Origin: Vicinamibacteria bacterium
GTDB lineage: Bacteria > Acidobacteriota > Vicinamibacteria > Marinacidobacterales > Marinacidobacteraceae
Assembly: GCA_965199715.1 (NCBI GenBank)
Contig: OZ241322.1
Coordinates: forward strand, 1,984,001 to 2,048,000
Length of the DNA stretch: 64,000 nt
Direction: 5' to 3'
Of this stretch, positions 48,545 through 58,271 are shown in pieces (position 1 is the stretch's first letter; each line of letters opens with the position of its first letter). The notes below the pieces were generated by a model. It worked only from the letters and a program-made list of their open reading frames with translations, did not search any database and was not told the origin of the DNA. The position numbers and the translations under genes were made by a program.

Positions 48545-49774
48545 TCAGCCCCGGTCGATCGCGAGGAGCGCCCGCCGCAGGAGGTCCACGCCGTTCGCGC
48601 AATCCTCCCACGAGGTCCATTCCTGCGGGGAATGGCTGATTCCGCCGCGGCTGGGGACGAAGATCATCGCGGTGGGAATCCCGTGCCGCGCGAGGTTCTG
48701 GGAGTCGTGCCCGGCGCGGCTCGGCATCGCGATCGGCTCGTGCCCTGCCTCCCGTGCGACCCGGGCGAGGATCGCCCGCAGACCGGGGTCCATCGCGGCT
48801 GCCGGCTCGCGCAGGCTGCGGCCGATGCGGGTTCGGCAGCCGGTCGCCCGATCGAGGCCGGCCGCTCGCGCCTCGATCCGCCCGATCACGTCGGCGACCA
48901 CGGCGTCGTCGAGGTCGCGCAGCTCGATCGGGAACCGCACGAGGCCGGGAACCACGTTGGCGGCGTCCGGCACGACCGACAACTGGCCCACGTTGCCGAC
49001 CTGCTCGCCGGGGCGTCCGCGGATCTCCTCGTGGGTCGCCACGATGAGCCGCGCCGCCGCGAGCATCGCATCCTGGCGCTCGGCCATCGGCGTGGTGCCG
49101 GCGTGGTTCTGGAAGCCCTCGATCCGCGCCTCGAACCGGTGGATCCCGACGATCCCCTCGACCACCCCCACCCGGCAGCCGGACTTCTCCAGCGTCCCGC
49201 CCTGCTCGATGTGGAGCTCGACGGCGGCCCGCACCCGCCTCGGGTCCAGCACCGCCCGGTCGAGATCATCCGGTTCGAGCCGGTAGCGGACCATCCAGTC
49301 GTGGAGGCTCTGGCCCTCGGCGTCGGTCCGGTGGAGCTCGTCTTCGGAAACGCCCGAGGTCGCGGCACGGCTCCCGAAGAGCCCGTTTCCGAAGTGCGCC
49401 CCCTCCTCGTCGCACCACACGACCATCTCCAGCGGATGGCGGGTCTCGACGCCCTGCTCGTGGAGCGACCGGAGCGCCTCGAGCGCCCCGAGCACGCCGA
49501 GAGTTCCGTCGTAGTGGCCGCCTCGCGGGACCGTGTCGAGGTGCGATCCGAACAGGATCGCCGGAAGCGGTTCCCGTCCGGGCCGCCGCCCGAAGAGGTT
49601 GCCCGCGGCGTCGGCGCGCACCTGAAGGCCTGCGTCCCGCATCTCGGAGACGATCCAGCGCCGCGCCGCCAGCTCGTCCTCGCTGAATGCGATCCGGCGG
49701 GCGCCCCCTTCGGGATGCAGCCCGAATCGGGCGAGCGCCTCGAGAGACCCCCGGAGGCGCTCCGCGTCGATCAT
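48545..49774 (-). CDS. M20 Zn-dependent amidohydrolase (N-carbamoyl-L-amino acid / allantoate amidohydrolase type)
   Basis: GSHLDTV, YDGTLGV, DEEG, ELHIEQG, NHAGTTPM, AGHDS, ISHSP. Confidence 0.93.
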   Translation of the reverse strand: MIDAERLRGSLEALARFGLHPEGGARRIAFSEDELAARRWIVSEMRDAGLQVRADAAGNLFGRRPGREPLPAILFGSHLDTVPRGGHYDGTLGVLGALEALRSLHEQGVETRHPLEMVVWCDEEGAHFGNGLFGSRAATSGVSEDELHRTDAEGQSLHDWMVRYRLEPDDLDRAVLDPRRVRAAVELHIEQGGTLEKSGCRVGVVEGIVGIHRFEARIEGFQNHAGTTPMAERQDAMLAAARLIVATHEEIRGRPGEQVGNVGQLSVVPDAANVVPGLVRFPIELRDLDDAVVADVIGRIEARAAGLDRATGCRTRIGRSLREPAAAMDPGLRAILARVAREAGHEPIAMPSRAGHDSQNLARHGIPTAMIFVPSRGGISHSPQEWTSWEDCANGVDLLRRALLAIDRG

Positions 49775-50760
49775 GCGGCGAAGGGGCGCGAGCGGGTTGC
49801 GATCCAGACGAACGCCGGCGCGCCGATCAGGGCGGCGACGACCCCGAGGTTCAGCTCCGACACGGTGGGCAGGACGCGCACTGCGACGTCGGCGAGGACG
49901 AGCAGCGCGCCGCCGAAGAGCGCCGAGGGAACGAGCGTCCGCGCCGGATCGTGCCCGACGAGCGGGCGCATGAGGTGCGGCGCCACGATTCCCACGAAGC
50001 CGATCGCGCCGGCGAGCGCCACCGAGGCGCCGGTCGCGAGTCCGGACCCCACGACCACCGAAAGGCGCAGCCGCCGGAGGTCCAGCCCCACGCCGGTCGC
50101 CGCCTCCTCGCCGAGCGTCAGCGCCGACAGGCCGCGGCGGGCGCGGAAGAGGAGCGCGACGCCGAGGAGCATGAGCGGCGCGGCCAGCAGCAGGTCCTCG
50201 TGGCTGCGGTTCGCGACCGAACCCAGCGTCCAGTTGACCATCTCGAAGAGCGAGAACGGGTGCGGCGCGAGGCTCAGCAGCAGCGCCATCACCGCGCCGG
50301 CGAGGCTCGACACCCCCACGCCGACGAGGATCAGGCTCACCATCGAGCGCGTGCGGGTCGCCGCCGCCGCGAGCAGCGCGGTGACGGCGAGCGCCCCCGC
50401 GACCGCGGCTGCGGGAACCGCCCAGTACACGAGCGTTCCCAGTCCGTAGTACAGCGTCAGCGTCGCCCCGAGCGCCGCCCCGGCCGAGACGCCGAGCACG
50501 CCGGGCTCGGCGAGGGGGTTGCGGAACAGGCCCTGAAGGGCGGCCCCGCTGACTCCGAGGGCGCCGCCGACGAGGAACGCCGCGAGCGCGCGCGGCAGCC
50601 GGATCTGCTGGACGACGACCGTGTCCCCCGCGCTCCCGAAGCCCAGCAGCGAAGCCGCGGCGCGGTCGGGAGGAAGCGGCGTCGAGCCGAGCAGGCAGGC
50701 GAGGAAGATCGCGAGCGCCCCGAACCCGGCGAGCGCCGGGAGAAGCCCCCGCCCGATCAT
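49771..50760 (-). CDS. FecCD/BtuC family ABC permease
   Basis: IRLPRAL, QGLFRNPLAEP, LGEEAA..VG, GAIGFVGIVAPH. Confidence 0.92.
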   Translation of the reverse strand: MIGRGLLPALAGFGALAIFLACLLGSTPLPPDRAAASLLGFGSAGDTVVVQQIRLPRALAAFLVGGALGVSGAALQGLFRNPLAEPGVLGVSAGAALGATLTLYYGLGTLVYWAVPAAAVAGALAVTALLAAAATRTRSMVSLILVGVGVSSLAGAVMALLLSLAPHPFSLFEMVNWTLGSVANRSHEDLLLAAPLMLLGVALLFRARRGLSALTLGEEAATGVGLDLRRLRLSVVVGSGLATGASVALAGAIGFVGIVAPHLMRPLVGHDPARTLVPSALFGGALLVLADVAVRVLPTVSELNLGVVAALIGAPAFVWIATRSRPFAA

Positions 50761-51503
50761 TCGACGGCGGCCAGCGCTTCCACCGCGTCCAGCAGGAACC
50801 AGCCGCCGCAGGCGGTCCAGGCTCCGGGAATCACGCTGACCGGAAGTTCGCCGAGCGCCGCCTGCGCGACCGGATGCCGGATCGCGCTCCACGAACCCGG
50901 AATCCGTCCGTCGGTCTCGAAGTCACCGACCGCGATCCGGTCCGGGCGCTCGTAGGCGAGCCGCTCGAGGGGCAGGGGGCGCCAGCCGGGATCGCGCTGG
51001 AAGTTCTCGAACCCGCTCGCCCGGATCATGTCGTGGATCCGGGTTCCGGGGCCGGTGGTGACGCCGCCGGCGGTCATGTAGAGCAGCGTCCGCTCGCGGG
51101 TCTTGCGGGCCAGCGCCGCCTCGCGCTTCTCCACCTCCCGAACGAGCTCCTCGGCGCGCCGGACGGCCCCGAGCGCCGCCCCCATCCTCCGCAGCACCTC
51201 CTTCGGATCTCCGGATCTCACCTCGACGAGCTCCACGCCGGCGCGGTCCAGAAACGCACGGAGGTTCGGTCCGCCGGCGTAGGAACGCACCACGAGGTCG
51301 GGCTCGAGCACGAGGAAGTCCTCGGCGCGAGGTCGGACCCGGGGAACGCCCTCGGCGGCTTCCCGCATGTAGGAGAAGCTCTTCCCGGCGTCCGGCGAGA
51401 CCGCGAGGATGCGGTCCGGCTCCGCAAGCCGCAGGACGTACTGGTCGGCGCAGTAGTCGAGGCTGACGATGCGGGACGCCAGGACCAGCAGGAGCGCGCC
51501 CAC
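50757..51503 (-). CDS. BtuF-like periplasmic binding protein (short N-terminal signal)
   Basis: RIVSLDYCADQY, LEPDLVV, AWTACGG, as in cobalamin-binding proteins. Confidence 0.8.
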   Translation of the reverse strand: MGALLLVLASRIVSLDYCADQYVLRLAEPDRILAVSPDAGKSFSYMREAAEGVPRVRPRAEDFLVLEPDLVVRSYAGGPNLRAFLDRAGVELVEVRSGDPKEVLRRMGAALGAVRRAEELVREVEKREAALARKTRERTLLYMTAGGVTTGPGTRIHDMIRASGFENFQRDPGWRPLPLERLAYERPDRIAVGDFETDGRIPGSWSAIRHPVAQAALGELPVSVIPGAWTACGGWFLLDAVEALAAVE

Positions 51504-51507
51504 CGCC

Positions 51508-52179
51508 TCAGCGCCGCCCCACCACCACGGTGTTCGGCGCATCCCGCCAGACGCACCGGGCGTCGAATCCCGCGCCCCGCATGCCGGCCAGCTCGTCCTC
51601 GAGCGGGAAGTACGTGTCCTCATCGGCCCATTCGGCGAAGTGCGCGAAGGCGCGTTCCTCGTCGATCCCGCAGGAGACGAGGTGCGCCGCCCAGATCCGG
51701 TAGCTCTCGGCCTGTCCCGCCGGGTCCGCGCTCATGGTCACGTCGGCGTTCACGAGAACCCCGCCCGGACGCAGCGCGTCGAAGATCCGCCGGTAGAGCG
51801 CTCGCTTGCGTTCGAGCGTCGGGACGTGGTGCAGCGCGAGCGAGGCCGCGACCGCGTCGCACGCGGGCAGCGGATCTTCGAAGGCGGCCCGCCGCATGCG
51901 CGCCCGGTCGCCGAACCGGCGAAGCCGCGTCCGCGCCTGCTCCAGCATCTCGGGATCGATATCCACGGCCTCGAGCGCGCCCACTTCGGGCCGCTCGAGG
52001 ATCGCCTCGCTGAGCGCGCCGGTTCCCGCGCCGAGATCGACCACGAGCGCCGGCCGCGCCGAGCCGACCTCCCGGGCGGCGCGGGCGAGCCCCTCCTCGT
52101 ATCCGGGGACGAACGTGCGGATGGCCGCGTCGTACGCATCGATCTCGACGCGCAGGTGGCTCCGCACCGAGTGGGCCAT
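51508..52179 (-). CDS. Class I SAM-dependent methyltransferase
   Basis: VVDLGAGTG, SLALHH, LRPGG. Confidence 0.9.
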   Translation of the reverse strand: MAHSVRSHLRVEIDAYDAAIRTFVPGYEEGLARAAREVGSARPALVVDLGAGTGALSEAILERPEVGALEAVDIDPEMLEQARTRLRRFGDRARMRRAAFEDPLPACDAVAASLALHHVPTLERKRALYRRIFDALRPGGVLVNADVTMSADPAGQAESYRIWAAHLVSCGIDEERAFAHFAEWADEDTYFPLEDELAGMRGAGFDARCVWRDAPNTVVVGRR

Positions 52180-52204
52180 TGCCGGATTATGCTCCCTGAC
52201 CGCG

Positions 52205-52897
52205 ATGTTCTTCTTCGATCCGCTCTATTTCGTCATCATCGCGCCGGGGCTCGCGCTCACGCTGTGGGCGACGTTCAAGGTCAAGCGCACCTTCCGGCGT
52301 TTCCACAAGGTTCCGGTGCGCAGCGGCCGGAGCGGGCGCGAGACCGCCGAGGCGCTGCTGTTCCGGACCGGAATCCGGATCCCGGTCGAGGAGCACCCCG
52401 GCGAGCTCTCCGACCACTACGACCCGAGGGTCCGGACGCTCCGGCTCTCGCCGGACGTGTACCACGGCCGGACGGTGGGGGCCGTCGCGGTCGCCGCCCA
52501 CGAGGTCGGGCACGCGATGCAGCACGCCTCGGGATACCAGCCGCTGATGTTCCGCCAGGCGCTCGCGCCGGCGGCGGGATTCGCGTCGAGCGCGTCCTGG
52601 ATCATCATCATGGGCGGCTTCCTGTTCAGCGCGGTGAGCCTCGTCGAGGTCGGCGTCGCGCTCTTCTCGCTGGTCGTGCTCTTCCAGGTGGTCACGCTGC
52701 CGGTGGAGCTGGACGCTTCGCGGCGGGCGAAGCGGCTCGTGTACGAGACCGGGATCGTGACCCGGGAAGAACGGCCCGGCGTCAGCCGGGTGCTGAGCGC
52801 CGCGGCGATGACCTACGTCGCAGCGGCCTTGACCAGCGTGCTGACGCTGGCGTACTACCTGCTGCGCCTCGGCGTCCTCGGCGGCGGCGACGACTGA
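52205..52897 (+). CDS. Zinc metallopeptidase (YugP/Zn_peptidase_2 family)
   Basis: LSDHYDP, AAHEVGHA, TLPVELDASRRA, AAAMTYVA. Confidence 0.92.
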   Translation: MFFFDPLYFVIIAPGLALTLWATFKVKRTFRRFHKVPVRSGRSGRETAEALLFRTGIRIPVEEHPGELSDHYDPRVRTLRLSPDVYHGRTVGAVAVAAHEVGHAMQHASGYQPLMFRQALAPAAGFASSASWIIIMGGFLFSAVSLVEVGVALFSLVVLFQVVTLPVELDASRRAKRLVYETGIVTREERPGVSRVLSAAAMTYVAAALTSVLTLAYYLLRLGVLGGGDD

Positions 52898-52918
52898 GGC
52901 CTCCCGCCCGGGGAGGCC
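52898..52918. terminator. Hairpin between convergent genes (possible bidirectional terminator, no U-tract)
   Basis: GGCCTCCC-GCCCG-GGGAGGCC. Confidence 0.5.
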
Positions 52919-52933
52919 CCACTCGCGCGGCGG

Positions 52934-54589
52934 CTACTGCTGGCCGGTGGTCGCCTCGCCGACGGCGTCGAGCGCATCGGAGAGTCCGGGGAGGTCGTCG
53001 CCCCGCTCGGGGGTCCCGAGCAGTTCCCGGTAGTAACGCTCGGCCGCCTCGTCCATTCCGGCCGCGCTCGCCGCCTGCGCCGCCCCGTGGAGGGACCGCG
53101 CCCGCTTCGCGGTCCGCATCAGCGAGGTCTCGAACACGGCGAGCGCGCCCTCGGCGTCGCCCGACGCCAGCAGCATCTCGCCCAGAAGCTCGTGCGGCGG
53201 CTGGATGGGCGCGTCGATCGGCGACTCGCCCGGAGGACCGGACGGCGGCTCCATGGCCTCGGCGACCTTGGCCGCCTTGCGGAACGCCGCGGTCGCGCCG
53301 TCCGCGTCGCCGTCGGCCTTCGCGATCAGGCCCTCCATCTCGTGGGCCATCACCAGCGCCTGTTCGGCGCCGCGCGGGTTCTCCGAGCCGGCGAGCATCT
53401 CGTGGATCTTCATGAGGCCGGCGTGCGCCCTCTGGGCCGACTCGGCGTCGCCGGTCTCGGCCGCGCTCGCGCCCCGGGCGTAGAGCACCGCGCCCGCGGT
53501 GCGGTGGCCCATCTCCGGCTCCTCGGCGTCGAGCTGCGCTATGACCTCGTCCACCGGCTCCGGCTTCCAGTTGCGGGTCTCCACCGTGTTCAGCGCGTCC
53601 ATGCGCATCCACGTCTCCTTCATGCCGCCGGTGACCTCGTCCCGCTCGGTCAGCATGCCGAAGTCGGCGAGCACCTGAGCGCCCTCCTCGTAGCGGCCCT
53701 CCTGCAAGTAGGCGTAGAGCAGCCAGTAGAGCGCGTGGTACGAGTACCGCGCCGGCGAGAGTCCCTTCCGCTCGGCGCGGTCCACCGAGGCCTGGTAGGA
53801 ACGGTCGTTGAGGCCGCGCACGTGATCCCACATGCCGTGCTGCAGGAAGATGTGCGACGGCATGTGGAGCGCGTGGACCGCCGCCGGGGCGATGTCCGCG
53901 TACTTCTCGGCGGCGTAGAGGGCGACCGGGGCGTGGACCGGGTCGTCGTAGGCGTGGATCACGTAGTGCGCCGCGCCCGGGTGATCCGGGTTCTCGCGGA
54001 ACACGCGCTGCGCGATTGCGCCGGCGCGCATGTCCACCCGCCGGCTCGCCTCGCCGCGGACCCTCGTCCGCATGAGCGCGAGCGAGTGGAAGGCCGCGGC
54101 CTCCAGGTCCTCGGGATAGGCCGCCGACAGCTCGGCCAGCGCCTGCTCGTAGCCGTCCGAGCGCTCTTGCAGGTCGCCGGGGCCGTAGAGGATGTGGACC
54201 GAGTCGAGGTAGCGCTTCTCGCGGTCGGTCGGGGCCTTTTCGAGTCGCGCCGCGCGGGTGTCCCCGAGCTTGCGGATCGCGTCGCGGGCTTCCGACATGT
54301 CCTGGCCGGGCGGGTAGTGGTGTCCGCCGGTGTGGCTGAGCGCCTCGCCCCAGTAGGCGAGCGCGAAGTCCGGATCCGCCTCCTGCGCCCGCTGGAACGC
54401 CTCGGCGGCATCCTCCCATTCGAAGCTGTGGAGCAGCCGCACGCCGTCGAGGAAATCTCTCTGGGCGGCTTCGTTCCCCGAATTCGGGAAGTCGATGGTG
54501 CCGAGTCCGCTCCCCTGGGCGAGCGCGATCCCGGCGGACAGACAGGCGGCGACGGCGACGGGCGCCGCGCGGACGATGAGGCGAATCAT
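52934..54589 (-). CDS. Secreted TPR-like helical protein with conserved His cluster
   Basis: Signal peptide; FLDGVRLLHSF, ALAYWGEA, HPGAAHYVIH, HALHMPSHI. Confidence 0.8.
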   Translation of the reverse strand: MIRLIVRAAPVAVAACLSAGIALAQGSGLGTIDFPNSGNEAAQRDFLDGVRLLHSFEWEDAAEAFQRAQEADPDFALAYWGEALSHTGGHHYPPGQDMSEARDAIRKLGDTRAARLEKAPTDREKRYLDSVHILYGPGDLQERSDGYEQALAELSAAYPEDLEAAAFHSLALMRTRVRGEASRRVDMRAGAIAQRVFRENPDHPGAAHYVIHAYDDPVHAPVALYAAEKYADIAPAAVHALHMPSHIFLQHGMWDHVRGLNDRSYQASVDRAERKGLSPARYSYHALYWLLYAYLQEGRYEEGAQVLADFGMLTERDEVTGGMKETWMRMDALNTVETRNWKPEPVDEVIAQLDAEEPEMGHRTAGAVLYARGASAAETGDAESAQRAHAGLMKIHEMLAGSENPRGAEQALVMAHEMEGLIAKADGDADGATAAFRKAAKVAEAMEPPSGPPGESPIDAPIQPPHELLGEMLLASGDAEGALAVFETSLMRTAKRARSLHGAAQAASAAGMDEAAERYYRELLGTPERGDDLPGLSDALDAVGEATTGQQ

Positions 54590-54670
54590 GGTTTGCTCCT
54601 TGAGCCGGTAAGGAATGGGCCGAACCCCGTATTTTGTCCTACCGCCGGTCGCGGGCGCAAAACCAGCGGG

Positions 54671-55495
54671 TCAGCGCGTCCGCACCCGCAGTTCGAGCCG
54701 TCCCGCGCGCCTGGCGGACTCGGGGAAGCGCCAGCCGCGGACCAGCCCGACGATCCGTGGAACCACCTCCGGCAGCGTGGTCTCCTCGACGTCCACGGAC
54801 TCGGGGGCTCCCGCTTCGTCGAGCCGCACGCGCAGCCGCACCGTGCCCTCGCCGGAGCCGATGAGCGGGCTTTCCAGCTCCATGAGGGCCGGGTCGTCGG
54901 GCGGCTCGAGCCGGACCGGCGGCCCCGAGTCGGGATCGGATTCCGGGAGGCTGATTCCCACCACGAGGAAGACGTTCCGGTTCCGCAGCCGTTCGTAAAG
55001 CGCCTCCCGTTGGGCGCCGGTCCCGGGTTCGCGGAACCACGACAGGTAGCGGCTCAGCGTGAGCTCGAACTCTCGCCCGGAGGCGATCGCCGTGCCGCCC
55101 GCCATCGCCTCGACCTCGCGCCGCATCTCCTGCACCACCGCTCCGTCCTGGAGGAGGCGCACGGCCACCGTCACGTCCGGCCCGGCGCTGCGGAGGAGCT
55201 CGACCGAGATGGACCGCCGGCCCCGGTCCAGCGACCGTTTCGTTTCGTCCGGGCCGAATCGCAGCGTGGCGAGCTGGGCGAGATACGCCCCGGGCACGCG
55301 TCGCGCCAGCGTGGCCAACCAGTGCTCGAGGCGCACGCCCCGCCCGTCGGTCCGAATCCGGAACGAGAGGTTCTCCATCGGCGAGAAGTCGGAGTTCGCG
55401 CGTCGGACCTCGAAGATCCGCACGTCGGCGGTCGGAGCCGCGTCCGCGGGGAGCGCCGCGCCGAGGAGCAGCAGGCCGGCGAGCGCGCACAGCAT
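54671..55495 (-). CDS. Exported hypothetical protein with C-terminal TonB_C-like domain
   Basis: Signal peptide; C-terminal EGTVRLRVRLDEAG...VRGWRFP. Confidence 0.65.
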   Translation of the reverse strand: MLCALAGLLLLGAALPADAAPTADVRIFEVRRANSDFSPMENLSFRIRTDGRGVRLEHWLATLARRVPGAYLAQLATLRFGPDETKRSLDRGRRSISVELLRSAGPDVTVAVRLLQDGAVVQEMRREVEAMAGGTAIASGREFELTLSRYLSWFREPGTGAQREALYERLRNRNVFLVVGISLPESDPDSGPPVRLEPPDDPALMELESPLIGSGEGTVRLRVRLDEAGAPESVDVEETTLPEVVPRIVGLVRGWRFPESARRAGRLELRVRTR

Positions 55496-55540
55496 TCCCG
55501 GAGTCTATGGGGCGGGCCGATCCGCTGGTAGGCTGCCCGG

Positions 55541-56869
55541 ATGCAGCGACCCGGCGCCGTCCGATTCCGCACGCCCGAACCCGCGGCCGTCCACGGCATT
55601 CTCCGGCGGCACCTCATCGCCGACGGGCTGGATCTCGTGATGGATCTGGAGCGGAGCCGGGGTCCGTGGCTCCACTGCGCGAAGTCCGGACGCGACTGGT
55701 TCGACGTGTTCTCGTACTTCGCGACGAACCCGATCGGCCACAACCATCCGGGGATGTCGGATCCGGAGTTCCGGGAGCGGCTCGGCCGGGTCGCCGTCCA
55801 CAACCCCTCCAACTCCGACTTCTACACCGTGGAGATGGGACGGTTCCTCGACACGTTCTCGCAGGTCGTCGTGCCGCCCGAGCTTCCCCACGCGTTCTTC
55901 GTCGCCGGCGGCGCGGTGGCGGTCGAGAACGCGCTCAAGGTCGCCTTCGACTGGAAGGCGCGAAAAAACTTGGTCGCCGGGCGTCCCGAGGCCGGAAGCC
56001 GGATCCTCCACCTTCGCGACGCCTTCCACGGCCGCACCGGCTACGCGCTCTCGCTCACGAACACCGAGCCCATGAAGGTGGCCTACTTCCCCCGGTTTGA
56101 CTGGCCCCGGATCGAGAACCCGGCGATCCGCTGGCCCGAGGCCGAGCGCCTGGCCGAGACCGAAGCCGCCGAGGATCGCGCCATCGCCCAGATCGAGGCG
56201 GCCGTCCGGACCCACGGCCACGATATCGCCGGCCTCATCCTCGAGCCGATCCAGGGCGAGGGCGGCGACCACCACTTCCGCCCGCGCTTTCTTGAGGCGG
56301 CGCGCCGCCTCGCCGACGAGCACGAGTTCCTGCTCATCTTCGACGAGGTCCAGACCGGGATTGGCATGACCGGAAAGATGTGGTGCTTCCAGCACTTCGG
56401 CGCAGTTCCCGACGTGCTCGCGTTCGGCAAGAAGACGCAGGTCTGCGGCGTGCTCGCCGGCCCCCGCATCGACGAGGTCGAGGACAACGTCTTCCAGCTC
56501 TCGTCCAGGATCAACTCCACCTGGGGCGGCAATCTGGTGGATATGGTCCGGTTCGGGCGCTACCTCGAGATCATCGAGGAGGAGGGCCTCGTCGAGAACT
56601 CCGCCCGCGTCGGGAAGCCGCTGCTGGCCGAACTCCACGAGCTCGCCCGCGACTTCCCGGACGCGGTCGGCGCGGTGCGCGGGCGCGGCCTCATGTGCGC
56701 CTTCGACATGCCCGACCAGAAGGCGCGCGACGCCTTCCTCGCCCGCGCCTACGACAACGGCCTCCTGATCCTCGGCTGCGGACCGCGGTCGGTGCGCTTC
56801 CGGCCCACGCTCAGCTTCACCGAGGAGGACGTCGCCACGGCGATGGAACTCGTGCGGCGGTCGCTCTGA
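55541..56869 (+). CDS. lat: L-lysine 6-transaminase
   Basis: AVENALKVAFDWK, AFHGRTGY, EPIQGEGGD, DEVQTG, FGKK, SRINSTWGG. Confidence 0.93.
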   Translation: MQRPGAVRFRTPEPAAVHGILRRHLIADGLDLVMDLERSRGPWLHCAKSGRDWFDVFSYFATNPIGHNHPGMSDPEFRERLGRVAVHNPSNSDFYTVEMGRFLDTFSQVVVPPELPHAFFVAGGAVAVENALKVAFDWKARKNLVAGRPEAGSRILHLRDAFHGRTGYALSLTNTEPMKVAYFPRFDWPRIENPAIRWPEAERLAETEAAEDRAIAQIEAAVRTHGHDIAGLILEPIQGEGGDHHFRPRFLEAARRLADEHEFLLIFDEVQTGIGMTGKMWCFQHFGAVPDVLAFGKKTQVCGVLAGPRIDEVEDNVFQLSSRINSTWGGNLVDMVRFGRYLEIIEEEGLVENSARVGKPLLAELHELARDFPDAVGAVRGRGLMCAFDMPDQKARDAFLARAYDNGLLILGCGPRSVRFRPTLSFTEEDVATAMELVRRSL

Positions 56870-56870
56870 C

Positions 56871-58271
56871 TCAGTCCGCCGGGTTGCGGATCGAGTAGAG
56901 GTTCCCCCGGGTCCGGATCAGCAGCCGGTCGCCCACGATCGCCGGCGACGCGAGGGCCCAGTCGTCGAGCGGGTTCACCCCGACGAGGCGGTACTCCTCG
57001 CCGGCCTCGATGACGAAGGTGTTCCCCTCCTCGCCGAGCGCGAATACGTAGCCGCCGTAGGCCCACGGCGACGAGGTGAACGCCGCCGCGCCGGGCGCGA
57101 TCCGGGCGCGGAAGACCCGTTCGCCGGTCTCCACGTCGTGGCGGGCCACGATGCCCCGCGAGTACAGCACCCACAGCGCGCCCTCGTAGATGACCGGCGT
57201 GGGCAGGTACGTGCCCCCGGCGATCCGCTCGTACCACGCCACGTGCTCGCTTTCGGTCTCGCCGTCGAGCGGGGCGATCTCGCCCGATCCCCCCGGCCGG
57301 ATCGAGACCAGCGGGCGCTGGTCGCCGCCGGACGCGCCCGAGGCGACGTAGAGGGAGCCGTTCCACGCGAATGGGCTCTGGATCGGCGATCCGCCCATCC
57401 GGGACATCCGCCAGAGCGGGTTCCCGTCGAGGTCGTAGCTGACGAGCGCGCCCGGCCCCGAAGTCACGATCTCGGCGCGGAGTTCGTTCTCCCACACGAG
57501 CGGCGTGGACCAGCCGGTCTTTCGGCGGGCCTCGGTCGCGCGCTCGGCGCGCCAGAGCTCCTCGCCGGTCCGCTTGTCGAAGGCGGCGAGGAAGCCGGCC
57601 TCCTCGTTGTCGTTGAGGACGTAGATCCGATCCCCGTGGAGCGCGGGGGAGGCGCCGGTCCCGAAGTCGCGCACGGTGGGAAGGGAGGCGAGCGGCGAGC
57701 TCCACAGCGGCTCGCCCTCCATGTCGAACGCGAAGAGGCCGTGCTGGGTGAAGTAGGCGTACACCGCGGTTCCGTCCGTCACCGGAGTCTCCGAGGCGTA
57801 GCTGTTCTTGCGGTGCCGTCCCCCGCCCGGCGGCCCCCGATGGACCTCCCGCTCCCAGAGCGTTTCTCCCGTCTTGAGGCCGAGGCACAGCACCCGGAGA
57901 CTCACCTCCACCTCGCTCGGAAGCTCCCGGTCTCGGGCGTACAGGCGGCGATTCACCTCCTCGGGGGGGAGGCCCTCGGCCTGCAGCTCGGCGATGTAGT
58001 CGTTGCTGAAGTCGGTCCCGAGCGACGGCCCCTTCATCTCCTGCTCGCTGGCGGCCGACGTGAGGAAGACGCGGTCGCCCCAGACCACCGGCGAGGACCA
58101 GCCCACGCCGGGGACGGAAGCCGCCCACTCCACGTTCTCGGTCGTCGTCCAGCGGATGGGCAGGTTCGGGTGGTCGCCCACGGGGTTCGCTTCCGGACCC
58201 CGGAACCCGGGCCAGTTGGGCTCCTCGGCGGCTGCGGGAAGCGCGAGCAGCGCCAGAATGAGCAGCCTCAT
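56871..58271 (-). CDS. PQQ-binding-like beta-propeller protein, secreted
   Basis: NWPGFRGP, WSSPVVWGDRVF, ASETP, WSTP, ASPAI repeats. Confidence 0.88.
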   Translation of the reverse strand: MRLLILALLALPAAAEEPNWPGFRGPEANPVGDHPNLPIRWTTTENVEWAASVPGVGWSSPVVWGDRVFLTSAASEQEMKGPSLGTDFSNDYIAELQAEGLPPEEVNRRLYARDRELPSEVEVSLRVLCLGLKTGETLWEREVHRGPPGGGRHRKNSYASETPVTDGTAVYAYFTQHGLFAFDMEGEPLWSSPLASLPTVRDFGTGASPALHGDRIYVLNDNEEAGFLAAFDKRTGEELWRAERATEARRKTGWSTPLVWENELRAEIVTSGPGALVSYDLDGNPLWRMSRMGGSPIQSPFAWNGSLYVASGASGGDQRPLVSIRPGGSGEIAPLDGETESEHVAWYERIAGGTYLPTPVIYEGALWVLYSRGIVARHDVETGERVFRARIAPGAAAFTSSPWAYGGYVFALGEEGNTFVIEAGEEYRLVGVNPLDDWALASPAIVGDRLLIRTRGNLYSIRNPAD

